A stretch of DNA of 64,000 nucleotides from Bacteroidota bacterium (GCA_003250475.1 QKGI01000136.1:19188-83187); one strand, 5' to 3'; positions 45,331-56,194 are shown, numbered from the stretch's first letter. A program made the numbers and translations. Notes: generated by a model not told the origin, from the letters alone.

Positions 45331-46614
45331 ATGAACATACTTATTCTCGGATCAGGTGCCCGTGAACATGCTATAGCATGGAAACTGGCACAGAGCAATA
45401 AATCTCCGGTACTTTATGTGGCGCCAGGGAATCCGGGCACTGCCGCGGTCGCGGCCAATATTCCGGTTGACCCGCTGGATTTTGAGGCAGTGAAAGGCGC
45501 CATACTCAAACATGAGATAGGCATGGTCGTCGTTGGGCCCGAGGTACCCCTTGCCGAAGGTGTAACAGATTATATTGAGGAGGACCCCCTGTTATCCCAT
45601 GTGGCTGTGATAGGTCCCCGCCGTAAAGGAGCCATGCTTGAAGGGAGCAAGGATTTTGCCAAGGGGTTTATGAAGAGACACCGGATCCCCACAGCAGCAT
45701 ACTCAACCTTTTCCTCTGATAACATTTCTGAAGCTGTCAGCTTCCTTCGCAGTCTCAAACCTCCGTATGTACTCAAGGCAGATGGACTGGCAGCAGGGAA
45801 AGGAGTTCTGATCATTGATGATTTTGACGAAGCGCTCGATGAGCTTAGAGCAATGCTTCAGGGCCGCTTCGGGGCGGCAGGAAGCAAGGTGGTGATAGAA
45901 CAATACCTGAAGGGTATTGAGATGTCTGCTTTTATTATTACTGATGGCACTTCTTACAAGCTGTTGCCTGAAGCTAAGGACTATAAACGTATAGGGGAGG
46001 CTGATACAGGTAAAAATACCGGAGGCATGGGAGCCGTATCACCGGTGCCTTTCTCAGATAAACTATTTATGTCAAAAGTGGAGGAGACGATCATCAGACC
46101 AACAGTTGAGGGGCTAAGGGAAGAGGGTATTGACTACCGCGGATTCATCTTCTTTGGCCTGATGAATGTCGACGGAGACCCTTATGTTATTGAGTATAAT
46201 GCGCGTCTCGGCGATCCGGAAAGCGAGGTGATCCTGCCAAGGATTGAGAGCGATCTCTATGACCTGCTCGAGGGTGTTGCCAAAGGTGACCTCTCAGACC
46301 GTACTATTGTTATTACTCCTGAAACAGCTGTCACAGTAATGATGGTATCAGGAGGCTATCCTGACACCTATGGGAAAGGATTTCCTGTTTCAGGGATTGA
46401 AGATGTTAATGAGAGCATGGTCTTCCATGCAGGTACAAAAATTAATAACGACAGCCTTGTTACGTCAGGAGGCAGAGTACTGTCAGTAACCTCTACCGGA
46501 TCATCCATGGCAGAGGCTCTCGACAGAAGTTACCGGAGCATTTCGAAAATATCATTTGAGGGAATGCACTACCGCAGGGACATCGGTTTTGACCTGAAAC
46601 CACTGGCAAAATGA
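45331..46614 (+). CDS. purD: phosphoribosylamine--glycine ligase
   Basis: The probable start is MNILILGSGAREHAIAWKL (45331). It has the ATP-grasp motifs VLKADGLAAGKGV and EYNARLGDPE. Confidence 0.95.
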   Translation: MNILILGSGAREHAIAWKLAQSNKSPVLYVAPGNPGTAAVAANIPVDPLDFEAVKGAILKHEIGMVVVGPEVPLAEGVTDYIEEDPLLSHVAVIGPRRKGAMLEGSKDFAKGFMKRHRIPTAAYSTFSSDNISEAVSFLRSLKPPYVLKADGLAAGKGVLIIDDFDEALDELRAMLQGRFGAAGSKVVIEQYLKGIEMSAFIITDGTSYKLLPEAKDYKRIGEADTGKNTGGMGAVSPVPFSDKLFMSKVEETIIRPTVEGLREEGIDYRGFIFFGLMNVDGDPYVIEYNARLGDPESEVILPRIESDLYDLLEGVAKGDLSDRTIVITPETAVTVMMVSGGYPDTYGKGFPVSGIEDVNESMVFHAGTKINNDSLVTSGGRVLSVTSTGSSMAEALDRSYRSISKISFEGMHYRRDIGFDLKPLAK

Positions 46615-47597
46615 TCAGGTTGTTCAGAGAATCAGGAGCAGTACCGGCACTTATGCTGACGTTATTGGCACTGGCACTCTGGAGTCCCTGTTTTATCAAT
46701 CCTCCTGATCTTTCGCAGCCCTACAACAGTGATACTATGCCGCTGTGGGGATATGTTATCCGGGTCTTTTCCGGTTCACCGCTCCTTGCAGTTACATTCT
46801 CCTTTGTGCTTATGCTGGTTGTGGCGATAGTCATGGTAAGGTTTAACACTGCAATCTTCTTCATACCGCGCCGGACAATTCTTCCCTCTTTAATGTATGT
46901 TCTTTTGTTCTCGGTTTTCCCGGGCGATATGATTCTTAATCCGGCCCTGCCGGCAGCACTGTTAATTGTGTCAGGATTATGGAGGATGATCTCGTCATAC
47001 AGGAAGAACGGCATGGTTTTCAATTTTTTTGATGCAGCGATCCTGATATCATCGGCAGGACTATTTTACCCAGGCAGTGTGTGGTTTATCATCCTTGTGT
47101 TCATAGGAGCACTCATATTAAGAAGCCCTGATGTCAGGGAACTCACTGTTGCCCTTGCCGGTGCCTTGCTTCCATGGATAATAATGTATGCTCTCTGGTA
47201 TGTTACCGGAGGATTTGTTTCAGACCTGACGGAGATTATCAGGCATAATCTTTTTGATCAGATGCCGGCAATATACTGGAGCAGAACCCTCATCCTCCTT
47301 ATTATAGTGACAGGGCTGAATTTTCTTCCGGCGCTGTTCTCACTTATGGGGGAGATGTCAACTTACAAGATCAGGAGCCGTAAAACATATGAGCTGTTTT
47401 TCTGGATGATGGTTGTCTGTGCTGCAGCATGGGCTTTTGTGCCTTCTGTTTCTGTTGAGCTGGGTGCCATAGCTGCAATACCGGTGGCCTTTATCATTGC
47501 AAATTATATGGCCTTAGCGAGAAAGGTGGCTATTATTGAGACACTGCTCTGGCTTATGGTGATAATGCTTATTGTATCCAGGGTGTGGCCTTACTGA
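46611..47597 (+). CDS. polytopic membrane protein, unknown function
   Basis: 328 aa with about 9 hydrophobic segments. It overlaps the purD stop by 4 nt. I recognised no motif. Confidence 0.65.
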   Translation: MIRLFRESGAVPALMLTLLALALWSPCFINPPDLSQPYNSDTMPLWGYVIRVFSGSPLLAVTFSFVLMLVVAIVMVRFNTAIFFIPRRTILPSLMYVLLFSVFPGDMILNPALPAALLIVSGLWRMISSYRKNGMVFNFFDAAILISSAGLFYPGSVWFIILVFIGALILRSPDVRELTVALAGALLPWIIMYALWYVTGGFVSDLTEIIRHNLFDQMPAIYWSRTLILLIIVTGLNFLPALFSLMGEMSTYKIRSRKTYELFFWMMVVCAAAWAFVPSVSVELGAIAAIPVAFIIANYMALARKVAIIETLLWLMVIMLIVSRVWPY

Positions 47598-48038
47598 TCA
47601 TTTGATCATGTAAACTACACCCACACCGGATCCCTGTTCCCCGTTCAGGAAATCATACCACAGCGTATAAAGACCTGTTTTGTTGCACACGAAGTCAATG
47701 GAGTTGTATTTTTTCCCTGTGCTCTTATCCAACGAGCAGATCAGCTCTTTATTCTGGTCATATATGGTTATGATGAGTTCACCGGCTGATTCGGGAGTCT
47801 CACATACAGAGAACCTGTACTTAATGTTCTTCATAAGATACATGTTGGCCTTGTATACAGGAGCAGTGGCATCGGGGCCGGCTTTTGGCAACTGCACACG
47901 GAAATCTTTCAGGTAGGTAGTGTTGTTACCGGCGGCGAGCACACAATTGCTGACAAATTCTTCTGCTGCAGGCTGACCGGTAGTAATAAAGGGCAAAAAG
48001 ACCAGTATGACGGAGATAATCATAAACCTGCACTTCAT
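47598..48038 (-). CDS. small secreted protein, unknown function
   Basis: 146 aa with a signal peptide (MIISVILVFLPFITTGQ) and four Cys residues. It starts 1 nt after the upstream lipoprotein gene. Confidence 0.6.
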   Translation of the reverse strand: MKCRFMIISVILVFLPFITTGQPAAEEFVSNCVLAAGNNTTYLKDFRVQLPKAGPDATAPVYKANMYLMKNIKYRFSVCETPESAGELIITIYDQNKELICSLDKSTGKKYNSIDFVCNKTGLYTLWYDFLNGEQGSGVGVVYMIK

Positions 48039-48039
48039 C

Positions 48040-48957
48040 TTATCTGTCAGATATTAATTTGTTCCTTACTTCTTCTGAGACTCCGGCTATCTCTTCCAAC
48101 TGACTGACATTCATCTCAACAATGCTCTCCTCATGTTGTACCATCACCAGTCGCCCGTCCTGCTCTGCCGTCTCCGGTTCACCGAGCCTGTAAGAGATAT
48201 GTACATCATGGTATGCCTTGTTTATCCCTTCCATCATATTGCACAGAGAGTTGTATTCCGCGCTGCTTTCCCTATATGGCCGAAGGAGCATCAGCAGATC
48301 ACCGAGGATCATTTTCTGCTCACCGATACGGTCTGTAAGTATCCTGTCCGGATGAACAAGGGCAACCTGTGTTGCCAGGTACTGACCTTCTATCCATATA
48401 CCTGCTATCATCAGCGCTGAAACAGATGCCCGGTCGTTCTCCCTGAGAAATTCATCGATCTGGTTGTATGAATTAACCGACATGAACAACAGGGAATCAA
48501 GGTTGGATTTATTGACAGACAGTCTCCTGAGCGTCTCGAAATCAAAGTACCGACCCACACCCAACCCGTCAGCCAGTTTTTTGATGGTTGACAGAACTTC
48601 AACCGAATTTCCGGTTTTCCCGTAAATATTGAGATATCCGAGATCAGCACCGTAAATGCCAAGCATAACGGCTTTTTGAAAATTGGAGGTGAGTCGGTCA
48701 GATTCCTGTGTGGGAGCCAGGTATTCGGCCGTGAATGGTATTTGCATTTCCTGGAGGATGGAAGAAATTTCCACAGGTGAAGCCATGTTCTGAACAATAT
48801 CTGTCACAGCCTCATAACTCAGTTCCGCGACCTCTCCGGCCGGTAAGGAATCGGCAGCCGGAAACCCTATGCCGACATGTCCGGTGTTACTATTCCTGCA
48901 TGAGCAAACAAATATCAGCAGGATCACTGCCAGCAGCTTCGAAATTGTTCCTGTCAT
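48040..48957 (-). CDS. lipoprotein, unknown function
   Basis: 305 aa with lipobox IFVCSC. The body is predicted to be mostly helical. I recognised no motif. Confidence 0.65.
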   Translation of the reverse strand: MTGTISKLLAVILLIFVCSCRNSNTGHVGIGFPAADSLPAGEVAELSYEAVTDIVQNMASPVEISSILQEMQIPFTAEYLAPTQESDRLTSNFQKAVMLGIYGADLGYLNIYGKTGNSVEVLSTIKKLADGLGVGRYFDFETLRRLSVNKSNLDSLLFMSVNSYNQIDEFLRENDRASVSALMIAGIWIEGQYLATQVALVHPDRILTDRIGEQKMILGDLLMLLRPYRESSAEYNSLCNMMEGINKAYHDVHISYRLGEPETAEQDGRLVMVQHEESIVEMNVSQLEEIAGVSEEVRNKLISDR

Positions 48958-49383
48958 CAGGTATTTTGTTAATGTACAAATGTAAGAAAATTGGTCATTC
49001 CTGTTTTATTAAAACAGAGTACTGAAAAAACCTGAGGATCTGTCTCAGCGTTTTGTATGAGCCTGTTCCTGTACTCAGGCATTTTGTTTTATATACCTTC
49101 CTGGCTATCTCATCAATCCAGTCATTTCTGTCCTGCCTGGCAATTATGACAAATAACTCCATCAAAGCCTCCAGGATCTCTTCACTTAATTCTTAGTGAT
49201 GGGCATTTTCACGTGTGGCCGGCAAGTTCACGAAATTAGGTAGAAAATTTGTTGGAAAATGTGGACTTATTGATTATGAGGAATATCCTTTGTCCAAAGT
49301 TCATATATTTATATCCCTGCACATTCTGAACTCTAAAAAAAAGAGAACTTAAAAAATATTTTCTAACCCTAATCAACTTGTCT

Positions 49384-52300
49384 ATGACAAAATCAATCTT
49401 TGAAATCAGAAGATCCCTCAGCCCTGGTTACAGTGGTCTGAGGGCCTGCCTGGTCATTGCCATGCTTGTGATTTCTCTGACAGCATTTTCACAGAACATA
49501 ACTGTGAAAGGAACGGTCACTGATGCTCAGACAGAAGAAGCGATGATCGGCGTGAATGTGGTCATTAAAGGCACGATAAGGGGCGTGGTTACTGACATTA
49601 ACGGTCAGTTTACCATGCCTGACTGTCCGCCTGATGCTGTACTCGCCTTCACATACGTCGGCTATGAACTGCTTGAGGTTCCGGTACAGGGAAGAACAAA
49701 CATCCCCGTTAACATGGAAGTTTCGAGCAGTCTGCTTGATGAAGTGGTCGTTATCGGTTACGGAACCGTGGCCAAAAAAGATATTACGGGATCCGTTGCA
49801 TCTGTCAAGGGTGAAGAGCTGACATCGATACCTGTTGCTTCAGCTGCCGAGGCACTGACCGGGAAAATGGCCGGGGTTCAGGTAGTCACTACTGAAGGAT
49901 CACCTGATGCCGAGGTCAAAATACGTGTCCGGGGAGGAGGATCCATTACCCAGGATAACTCACCCATGTTTATCGTTGATGGCTTCCCCGTAACAAGTAT
50001 CTCTGACATTCCGGCTTCCGAGATCCAGTCTATCGACGTTCTGAAGGATGCCTCCTCCACAGCCATTTACGGAGCCAGGGGGGCTAACGGGGTTATAATA
50101 ATAACCACCAAGAGCGGTGTGGCAGGCAAAGTGACAGTTAGTTACAATGCCTACTACGGATTTAAAAAGGTTGCCAATCAGCTCAACACTCTCAGCGTTG
50201 AAGATTATGTCAACTGGCAGTACGAGTATGCCCTGCTTGCCGATAGACTTGACAGCTACGAGAAATTTTTCGGTAGCTACCAGGACATTGACCTGTATAA
50301 CGGTCAGCCGGGCATTAACTGGTACGAGCAGGTTTTTGGCCATGTGGGCACAACATTCAACCACGACCTGACAATCACGGGCGGATCGGATAAATTTCGC
50401 TATTCGGTCGGCTATGCCGGGATTACAAGCGATGAGATAATGCTTAATTCTCAATACAGGCGTGACAATATTTCCCTGAAACTTGATCACCGCCCTAACG
50501 ATAAAATTGAACTTTCATTCTCATTACGTTATTCAGACCTTAAGATTGGTGGTGCCGGCGGTACTGACCAGGATAACGCTACCCCGAACGACGCAAGAGT
50601 AAAACAGACTATGATCAACGCGCCGGTTCCTTTCACAACAATGGGTGATTATGATATTGAAGAGGTAACCTCGTCGATGGTCAATCCGATATTATCCGTT
50701 AACGATAACGACAGGCAGCAACAGAAGCTGAGGTACACTATGGGCGGCAGTTTCGGCTGGTATATAGTTGACAATCTCCAACTAAAAACAGAGGTTGGAT
50801 TACAGAGCTATGTCACAAACGATGACAGGTTTTATGGACTGACTACCTACTATGTAAAAAATACTCCCGGGGTTGATGATCAAAATAAACCTGCCCTGAT
50901 ATCTGAGTACAATAACTCCTTGCAGTTCAGGAATACCAATACCCTCACCTATGACTTCAAGACCTTCCTTGGCGCATCAGGTCATTCATTAAAACTGCTG
51001 CTTGGTCATGAAGTAATCCAGGTCAAAACAAATGAAGCAACAAATACAATATGGGGTTTTCCTGACTTCTTTGTTGCAGAACAGGCTTACAAACTGACAA
51101 GCCAGGGGAATACCTATTTTTATGAAAACAGCTATGAACCTGACAGAAAATTGCTCTCCTTCTTTGGAAGGGTAAATTATGACTATAAGGGCAAATACCT
51201 TGTTTCAGCAACCTACAGAGCTGACGGTTCCAGCAAATTTGCCAAAGGCAACCGCTGGGGTTATTTTCCTTCAGCCGCAGTAGCGTGGAGAATATCGGAG
51301 GAGAATTTCATGCAGAGCCTTTCTTCGGTGATCAACAACCTGAAGCTGCGCTTCAGCTATGGTTCGGCCGGTAACAATAATATTCCTTCCAACCAGATCG
51401 CCCAGGTGTTTACGTCCAGTGCAACAGCTTATATTAATAATGTGATGAACTACTGGTCGCCGGAGACCACGATGGCCAACCCTGACCTGAAATGGGAGAC
51501 TACCTATACCAGGAACCTGGGCCTTGACTTCGGACTCTTCAGGGGAAGAATAGACGGGGCTGTTGAGTTGTATTACAATACCACCAAGGATTTGCTTATC
51601 GAATTCCCTGTCTCCGGAACAGGGTACAAAACCCAGTACAGAAACATGGGTGAGACAGAGAACAAGGGTCTGGAGATCTCATTGAACTGGATGGCCCTGA
51701 ACAAGAAAGACTATAGTCTGACATTCGGATTCAACATCGGGTTTAACAGGAACAAAATCGTTTCCCTGGGAATCATGGATGACTTCGGAATGAACACTTC
51801 ATGGGCTTCTACAGAGATAGGTGACGATTACTGGATTGCCGTCGGCGGTTCAGTGGGCCAGATGATTGGATTTGTGAATGCCGGAAGATACGAGGTGTCT
51901 GATTTTACAGGATATGATGAAGCCACCGATACATGGACGCTTAAGGAAGGTGTCGATGATGCTTCAGCTGTTGTTGGAGCCCTCAGGCCGGGAAGCCTCA
52001 AGCTTGTTGACAATACGGGCGAAGGCCAGGTCACCGTCGATGATTGTGTCATAATTGGTGATGCGAACCCCAAACATACCGGCGGGTTTAATATCGATGC
52101 CCGCTTCTATGGATTTGATCTTTCCGCTGTCTTTAACTGGAGCTATGGAAATGATATCTATAACGCCAACAAGATAGAGTATACAACAGGCAGGTACCAG
52201 TTCAGAAACCTGCTTGATATTATGGCTGAGGGAAAAAGATGGACCAATCTCGATGCTGACGGCAACCTGGTAAACGATCCGGCTGCCCTGGCTGCGATGA

Positions 52301-52614
52301 ATGCAAATACCACAATGTGGTCACCTTATATGTCGAGGCATGTGTTCAGCGACTGGGCTGTTGAAGACGGCTCGTTCCTGAGATTGAACACACTCTCGCT
52401 CGGGTATACTATCCCTTCAGCGCTTCTCGACAAGGTCAACATTCAGAACCTCAGATTCTATGTGTCAGGATATAATGTATTCCTCCTGACAAGGTACTCG
52501 GGCTTTGACCCTGAAGTCTCTGCGAGAAGAAATACCGGTCTTACGCCAGGTGTTGATTACTCAGCCTATCCAAAGAGCAGGCAGATACTGTTTGGTTTAA
52601 ATCTTTCATTTTAA
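49384..52614 (+). CDS. SusC/RagA-family TonB-dependent outer-membrane transporter (pectin PUL)
   Basis: CarboxypepD_reg N-domain (VKGTVTDAQTEEAMIGVNVVIKG). The plug has LDEVVVIGYGTVAKKDITGSV and VLKDASSTAIYGARGANGVIIITTKSG. The C-terminal residue is F. The ATG at 49384 is preferred over the TTG at 49378. Confidence 0.93.
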   Translation: MTKSIFEIRRSLSPGYSGLRACLVIAMLVISLTAFSQNITVKGTVTDAQTEEAMIGVNVVIKGTIRGVVTDINGQFTMPDCPPDAVLAFTYVGYELLEVPVQGRTNIPVNMEVSSSLLDEVVVIGYGTVAKKDITGSVASVKGEELTSIPVASAAEALTGKMAGVQVVTTEGSPDAEVKIRVRGGGSITQDNSPMFIVDGFPVTSISDIPASEIQSIDVLKDASSTAIYGARGANGVIIITTKSGVAGKVTVSYNAYYGFKKVANQLNTLSVEDYVNWQYEYALLADRLDSYEKFFGSYQDIDLYNGQPGINWYEQVFGHVGTTFNHDLTITGGSDKFRYSVGYAGITSDEIMLNSQYRRDNISLKLDHRPNDKIELSFSLRYSDLKIGGAGGTDQDNATPNDARVKQTMINAPVPFTTMGDYDIEEVTSSMVNPILSVNDNDRQQQKLRYTMGGSFGWYIVDNLQLKTEVGLQSYVTNDDRFYGLTTYYVKNTPGVDDQNKPALISEYNNSLQFRNTNTLTYDFKTFLGASGHSLKLLLGHEVIQVKTNEATNTIWGFPDFFVAEQAYKLTSQGNTYFYENSYEPDRKLLSFFGRVNYDYKGKYLVSATYRADGSSKFAKGNRWGYFPSAAVAWRISEENFMQSLSSVINNLKLRFSYGSAGNNNIPSNQIAQVFTSSATAYINNVMNYWSPETTMANPDLKWETTYTRNLGLDFGLFRGRIDGAVELYYNTTKDLLIEFPVSGTGYKTQYRNMGETENKGLEISLNWMALNKKDYSLTFGFNIGFNRNKIVSLGIMDDFGMNTSWASTEIGDDYWIAVGGSVGQMIGFVNAGRYEVSDFTGYDEATDTWTLKEGVDDASAVVGALRPGSLKLVDNTGEGQVTVDDCVIIGDANPKHTGGFNIDARFYGFDLSAVFNWSYGNDIYNANKIEYTTGRYQFRNLLDIMAEGKRWTNLDADGNLVNDPAALAAMNANTTMWSPYMSRHVFSDWAVEDGSFLRLNTLSLGYTIPSALLDKVNIQNLRFYVSGYNVFLLTRYSGFDPEVSARRNTGLTPGVDYSAYPKSRQILFGLNLSF

Positions 52615-52634
52615 ACTGCTATAACTATATGATT

Positions 52635-54428
52635 ATGAAAAAAGTAATATATATAATTAGTCTGGTTCTGGCGTGCTTTTTCATCTCTTGTGAAGATTTC
52701 CTGGAAGCTCCGTCACAGTCGACACTGGATGAATCACTGATTTTCTCCAACCCGACACTTGCTTCCATGGCAATTGACGGCATCAAAGAACCTTTAGGTC
52801 AGACCAACTCATACAGGGGAAGGTTTATCCCCTTTTATGGGACAAATACGGATATCGAGTGGAACAACTCTTCCGACGGCACCGGACCGGTGCAGGAGCT
52901 GGCAAGGTATGAGAACTCGGCCACCAATACCTACATGAATACCACCAACAATGCCTGGGCAATGATGTACCTGGGCATCGAACGTGCCAATATTTGTATC
53001 AGGGGCTTACGCACCTACGGCGATCCTGCCCCGGGCAATGCGATGGGTCAGCTTCTCGGTGAGGCTCTGACCCTCAGAGCTATCTATTATGCAGACCTGC
53101 TCAAGGCATGGGGTGATGTGGTTGCCCGGTTCGAGCCGGTCTCCTCCACAACCATCTATCTTGCCAAATCAAGCAGGGATGAAGTGTACAAACTGGTGAT
53201 AGCTGACCTTGAGGAGGCCGCTACTCTCGTTGCCTGGCCCAATGAGACCGAGGCAACACAAACCACTGAGAGAATTAACAGGGCATTTGTCAAGGCTCTC
53301 CGGGCACGCCTGTGCATGAGAGCTGCGGGTTATTCACAGTACCCTGACGGCATCAGAAGAAGCAATGATCCCGAATTGTCGGTGGCAAATATGTATGGTA
53401 TAGCTCTACAGGAATGCAAAGATGTAATAAACAGTGAAAAGGCTGGCCTGGCAACTACTTTTGAAGAGTTTTTCAGGAATATGTGTGAGGAAGATATCAC
53501 CGCAGGTGGAGAGTCATTGTGGGAGATACCTTTCGCAGCCGGTCGCGGGAGAGTAGCGTTTACTTTCGCAGTACAACACAGGTCAGTTGACCAGTACACT
53601 GCACAGCCAAGAGGAGGAACTTCAGGTCCGCTGCCGTTCTTCTACTATGACTATGACGTTAAGGACCTGCGGCGCGATGTCACATGTGTACCTTATGAGT
53701 ATGGCACTGCTGATAACAACGAAGTGGCGAAACAGGAACTTCGCGCTGTCGATAACTGGTGTTTCGGAAAGTGGCGTTATGAGTGGATGACAAGGCGTGT
53801 TACATCAACAAACGATGATGGTCTGAACAAGATCTATCTGCGTTATGCTGAAGTATTGCTTATGGCTGCCGAGGCGGAGAATGAACTAAACGGCCCTGCC
53901 AACGCGGCCCCGTACCTGAAACAGATACGGCGGAGAGCTTTTGCCCAGGAAGACTGGGCTGTAAAAGTAGACGCATATGTCAATGCCCTGACAAGCAAAG
54001 AACAGATGTTCAATGCAATAGTTGATGAGTTTGCCTTCGAGTTCTGCGGTGAAATGGAACGCAAATCAGCGCTTATCCGCTGGAACCTGCTGGGAGACAA
54101 AATGGATGAAGCCCTGGCCAAAATGGATAACCTTCGCAACCGGACAGGTGAATATTCAGATGTGCCTGAAAACCTTTACTACCGGTACGTTGCTGATGAG
54201 GATGGTTTGATAACCAAACTTGACATATACGGCCTCAACAGGGGAGAGACTGCTGATATGTCTGGCCAGTATACAGGCTTTGAAGAATGGATCACCCCGG
54301 ATGCTATAACAGACCTCAAAATCAACTCTCTGTTCAGGTTTGATCCTGACCAGAACCAGTTCTGGCCCATCTGGCAGGTATTCATCGATGCCAGTAATGG
54401 AATGTTGAAGAATGATTATGGTTACTGA
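52635..54428 (+). CDS. SusD/RagB-family outer-membrane lipoprotein (pectin PUL)
   Basis: Lipobox FISCEDF, with ALTLRAIYYADLLKAWG, YLRYAEVLLMAAEAENEL and FEFCGEMERKSALIRW motifs. Confidence 0.9.
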   Translation: MKKVIYIISLVLACFFISCEDFLEAPSQSTLDESLIFSNPTLASMAIDGIKEPLGQTNSYRGRFIPFYGTNTDIEWNNSSDGTGPVQELARYENSATNTYMNTTNNAWAMMYLGIERANICIRGLRTYGDPAPGNAMGQLLGEALTLRAIYYADLLKAWGDVVARFEPVSSTTIYLAKSSRDEVYKLVIADLEEAATLVAWPNETEATQTTERINRAFVKALRARLCMRAAGYSQYPDGIRRSNDPELSVANMYGIALQECKDVINSEKAGLATTFEEFFRNMCEEDITAGGESLWEIPFAAGRGRVAFTFAVQHRSVDQYTAQPRGGTSGPLPFFYYDYDVKDLRRDVTCVPYEYGTADNNEVAKQELRAVDNWCFGKWRYEWMTRRVTSTNDDGLNKIYLRYAEVLLMAAEAENELNGPANAAPYLKQIRRRAFAQEDWAVKVDAYVNALTSKEQMFNAIVDEFAFEFCGEMERKSALIRWNLLGDKMDEALAKMDNLRNRTGEYSDVPENLYYRYVADEDGLITKLDIYGLNRGETADMSGQYTGFEEWITPDAITDLKINSLFRFDPDQNQFWPIWQVFIDASNGMLKNDYGY

Positions 54429-54441
54429 TAAATCTATTATA

Positions 54442-56049
54442 ATGAAAAAGATACTAAGAAACATAGCGATCTTAACCGGTGTTTTCTCAATGTTGCTTTT
54501 CAGCGCATGTGAAGATAAAATACCGCCTGTAATAGAAGAACTTGACTTCAGCAGGGCTTTTACACCGGTCGGACTGACCTCCGAGATCAGTAACGTGACA
54601 ACTGTTACACTTTCATGGACAGAAGTGAAAAACGCTGATCATTATGTGCTCGAGATCTACGAGGGAATAACATTTGAAGCAGCGTCACTGCTTGCTACCG
54701 TTGATATCCCGGGCAACGAACTAACTTATTCATACGTTCTGCCGGCGGGTGATACTCAGTTCTCAGCCAGACTGAAGACTATCAGCTCATTGCAGGGCGT
54801 GGATGAATCAAAATGGTCAATGATTGCATTCAGATCTGCTCCTGAAAACCTGTTTACTGGTTATACCAGCATGATGACCGGTTTGGGTGAGTGTGTCATA
54901 AAATGGAAACCAGGCTCTGTAGCCACAGCTCTAGTATTCACATCCGGAGGCAGCGATATTTCTTACCCGCTTACTGCAGGAGAAATTGCCGCCGGGGAGA
55001 AGATGCTTACAGGAGTGGCAAATGCCGGGTATGAAGTGAAACTGATGAACGGTACCTTTGTAAGAGGCAGGACGAACATAGTCATCGAGGGAGATGTCCT
55101 CCTGCCTGCCGGCGGAGACCTGGCAGCTGCCATTGCAGCCATGGCACCCGGTGGTGTACTGGTTTTAACAAACGGCTCTGATTATCCGCTTGTCGAGACA
55201 GATACCATCCTGAGCAGTATAAAAATCCGCGGACTGTTCGCTGACGACCTTCCTACGATATACCTGATGACTGGCGGTGGCAACCATATGTTCGATGTCG
55301 ATCCCAACATGACGTTTTCCGATTTTGTGATCTTTGAAAATGTCGATATAAGTTGCTACTATGATGACGCCGGAACAACAAGACACCGCGGTGTATTTGA
55401 CGTTGAAGGATCAGCTGTAAGCCTGGGTTCACTGGTTTTTAACCATTGCATCGTCAGGAACTCCGGACGTAGCGTTATCCGTCTTCGTGGCAACGCCGAC
55501 GGCCAGGTGATCAACAATGTTGAGTTTAACGATTGTGTAATGTATGACTTTGCCTTTGACAGCCATTACGGAATGCTTAATCCAAACGCCTCCACAGCAT
55601 CAATGGTCAATATAAAATTCATAAATACGACTGTTTATAATATAAGAGGCGGTATCATCAATTATGGATCAGGCGTCGGCTGTCAGAGTGTGATTATTGA
55701 CAACTGCACTTTCAACCAGACCACTATGGATGCCTCATCTGCAAGGTGGTTCATTGATTTCGGTTCCTCCGGCACATCAAACGGGACAATTGCCATCAGT
55801 GACTGTATCCTGGGTGAGACTACGGAAAATGCCAACGGAATCAGGCCGGCAGCTATGAGCCTCTCGGTGACAGGGTCATACAATACGACTGACTTTGCTG
55901 ATAATAATGCTGTATTCAAGGCTATGCTGACCTCATATTCAGGCTCGTCAACCTCTCTGTGGACTGATCCTGTTAACGGTGACTTCACATTCCTTGATAC
56001 TTATTTTGAGGGAATAGCGACTGCAGGGGCCCCGCGCTGGAAGCCCTGA
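54442..56049 (+). CDS. PUL surface lipoprotein with Fn3-like N-domain and right-handed beta-helix-like C-domain (DUF4957/DUF5123-like)
   Basis: The probable start is MKKILRNIAILTG, with lipobox LFSAC. The motif VTLSWTEVKNADHYVLEIY is Fn3-like. Later repetitive N/G/V-rich beta-helix-like turns appear (FENVDISC, FNHCIVRN, FNDCVMYD, IDNCTFNQ). The position after SusD matches pectin PULs. Confidence 0.55.
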   Translation: MKKILRNIAILTGVFSMLLFSACEDKIPPVIEELDFSRAFTPVGLTSEISNVTTVTLSWTEVKNADHYVLEIYEGITFEAASLLATVDIPGNELTYSYVLPAGDTQFSARLKTISSLQGVDESKWSMIAFRSAPENLFTGYTSMMTGLGECVIKWKPGSVATALVFTSGGSDISYPLTAGEIAAGEKMLTGVANAGYEVKLMNGTFVRGRTNIVIEGDVLLPAGGDLAAAIAAMAPGGVLVLTNGSDYPLVETDTILSSIKIRGLFADDLPTIYLMTGGGNHMFDVDPNMTFSDFVIFENVDISCYYDDAGTTRHRGVFDVEGSAVSLGSLVFNHCIVRNSGRSVIRLRGNADGQVINNVEFNDCVMYDFAFDSHYGMLNPNASTASMVNIKFINTTVYNIRGGIINYGSGVGCQSVIIDNCTFNQTTMDASSARWFIDFGSSGTSNGTIAISDCILGETTENANGIRPAAMSLSVTGSYNTTDFADNNAVFKAMLTSYSGSSTSLWTDPVNGDFTFLDTYFEGIATAGAPRWKP

Positions 56050-56194
56050 CGGTTGACCTGAAAGGATTTAGGTCAGTTTTTGGATTTTTCTTGAGGATCG
56101 GGAGAGGGAGACCACTCCCGGTCCTTTGGGTTTACACTATGAAAGCTCCCTGGTCCTTAAAAGTATTGAATTCTGCATACCTAACTCACGGTTT

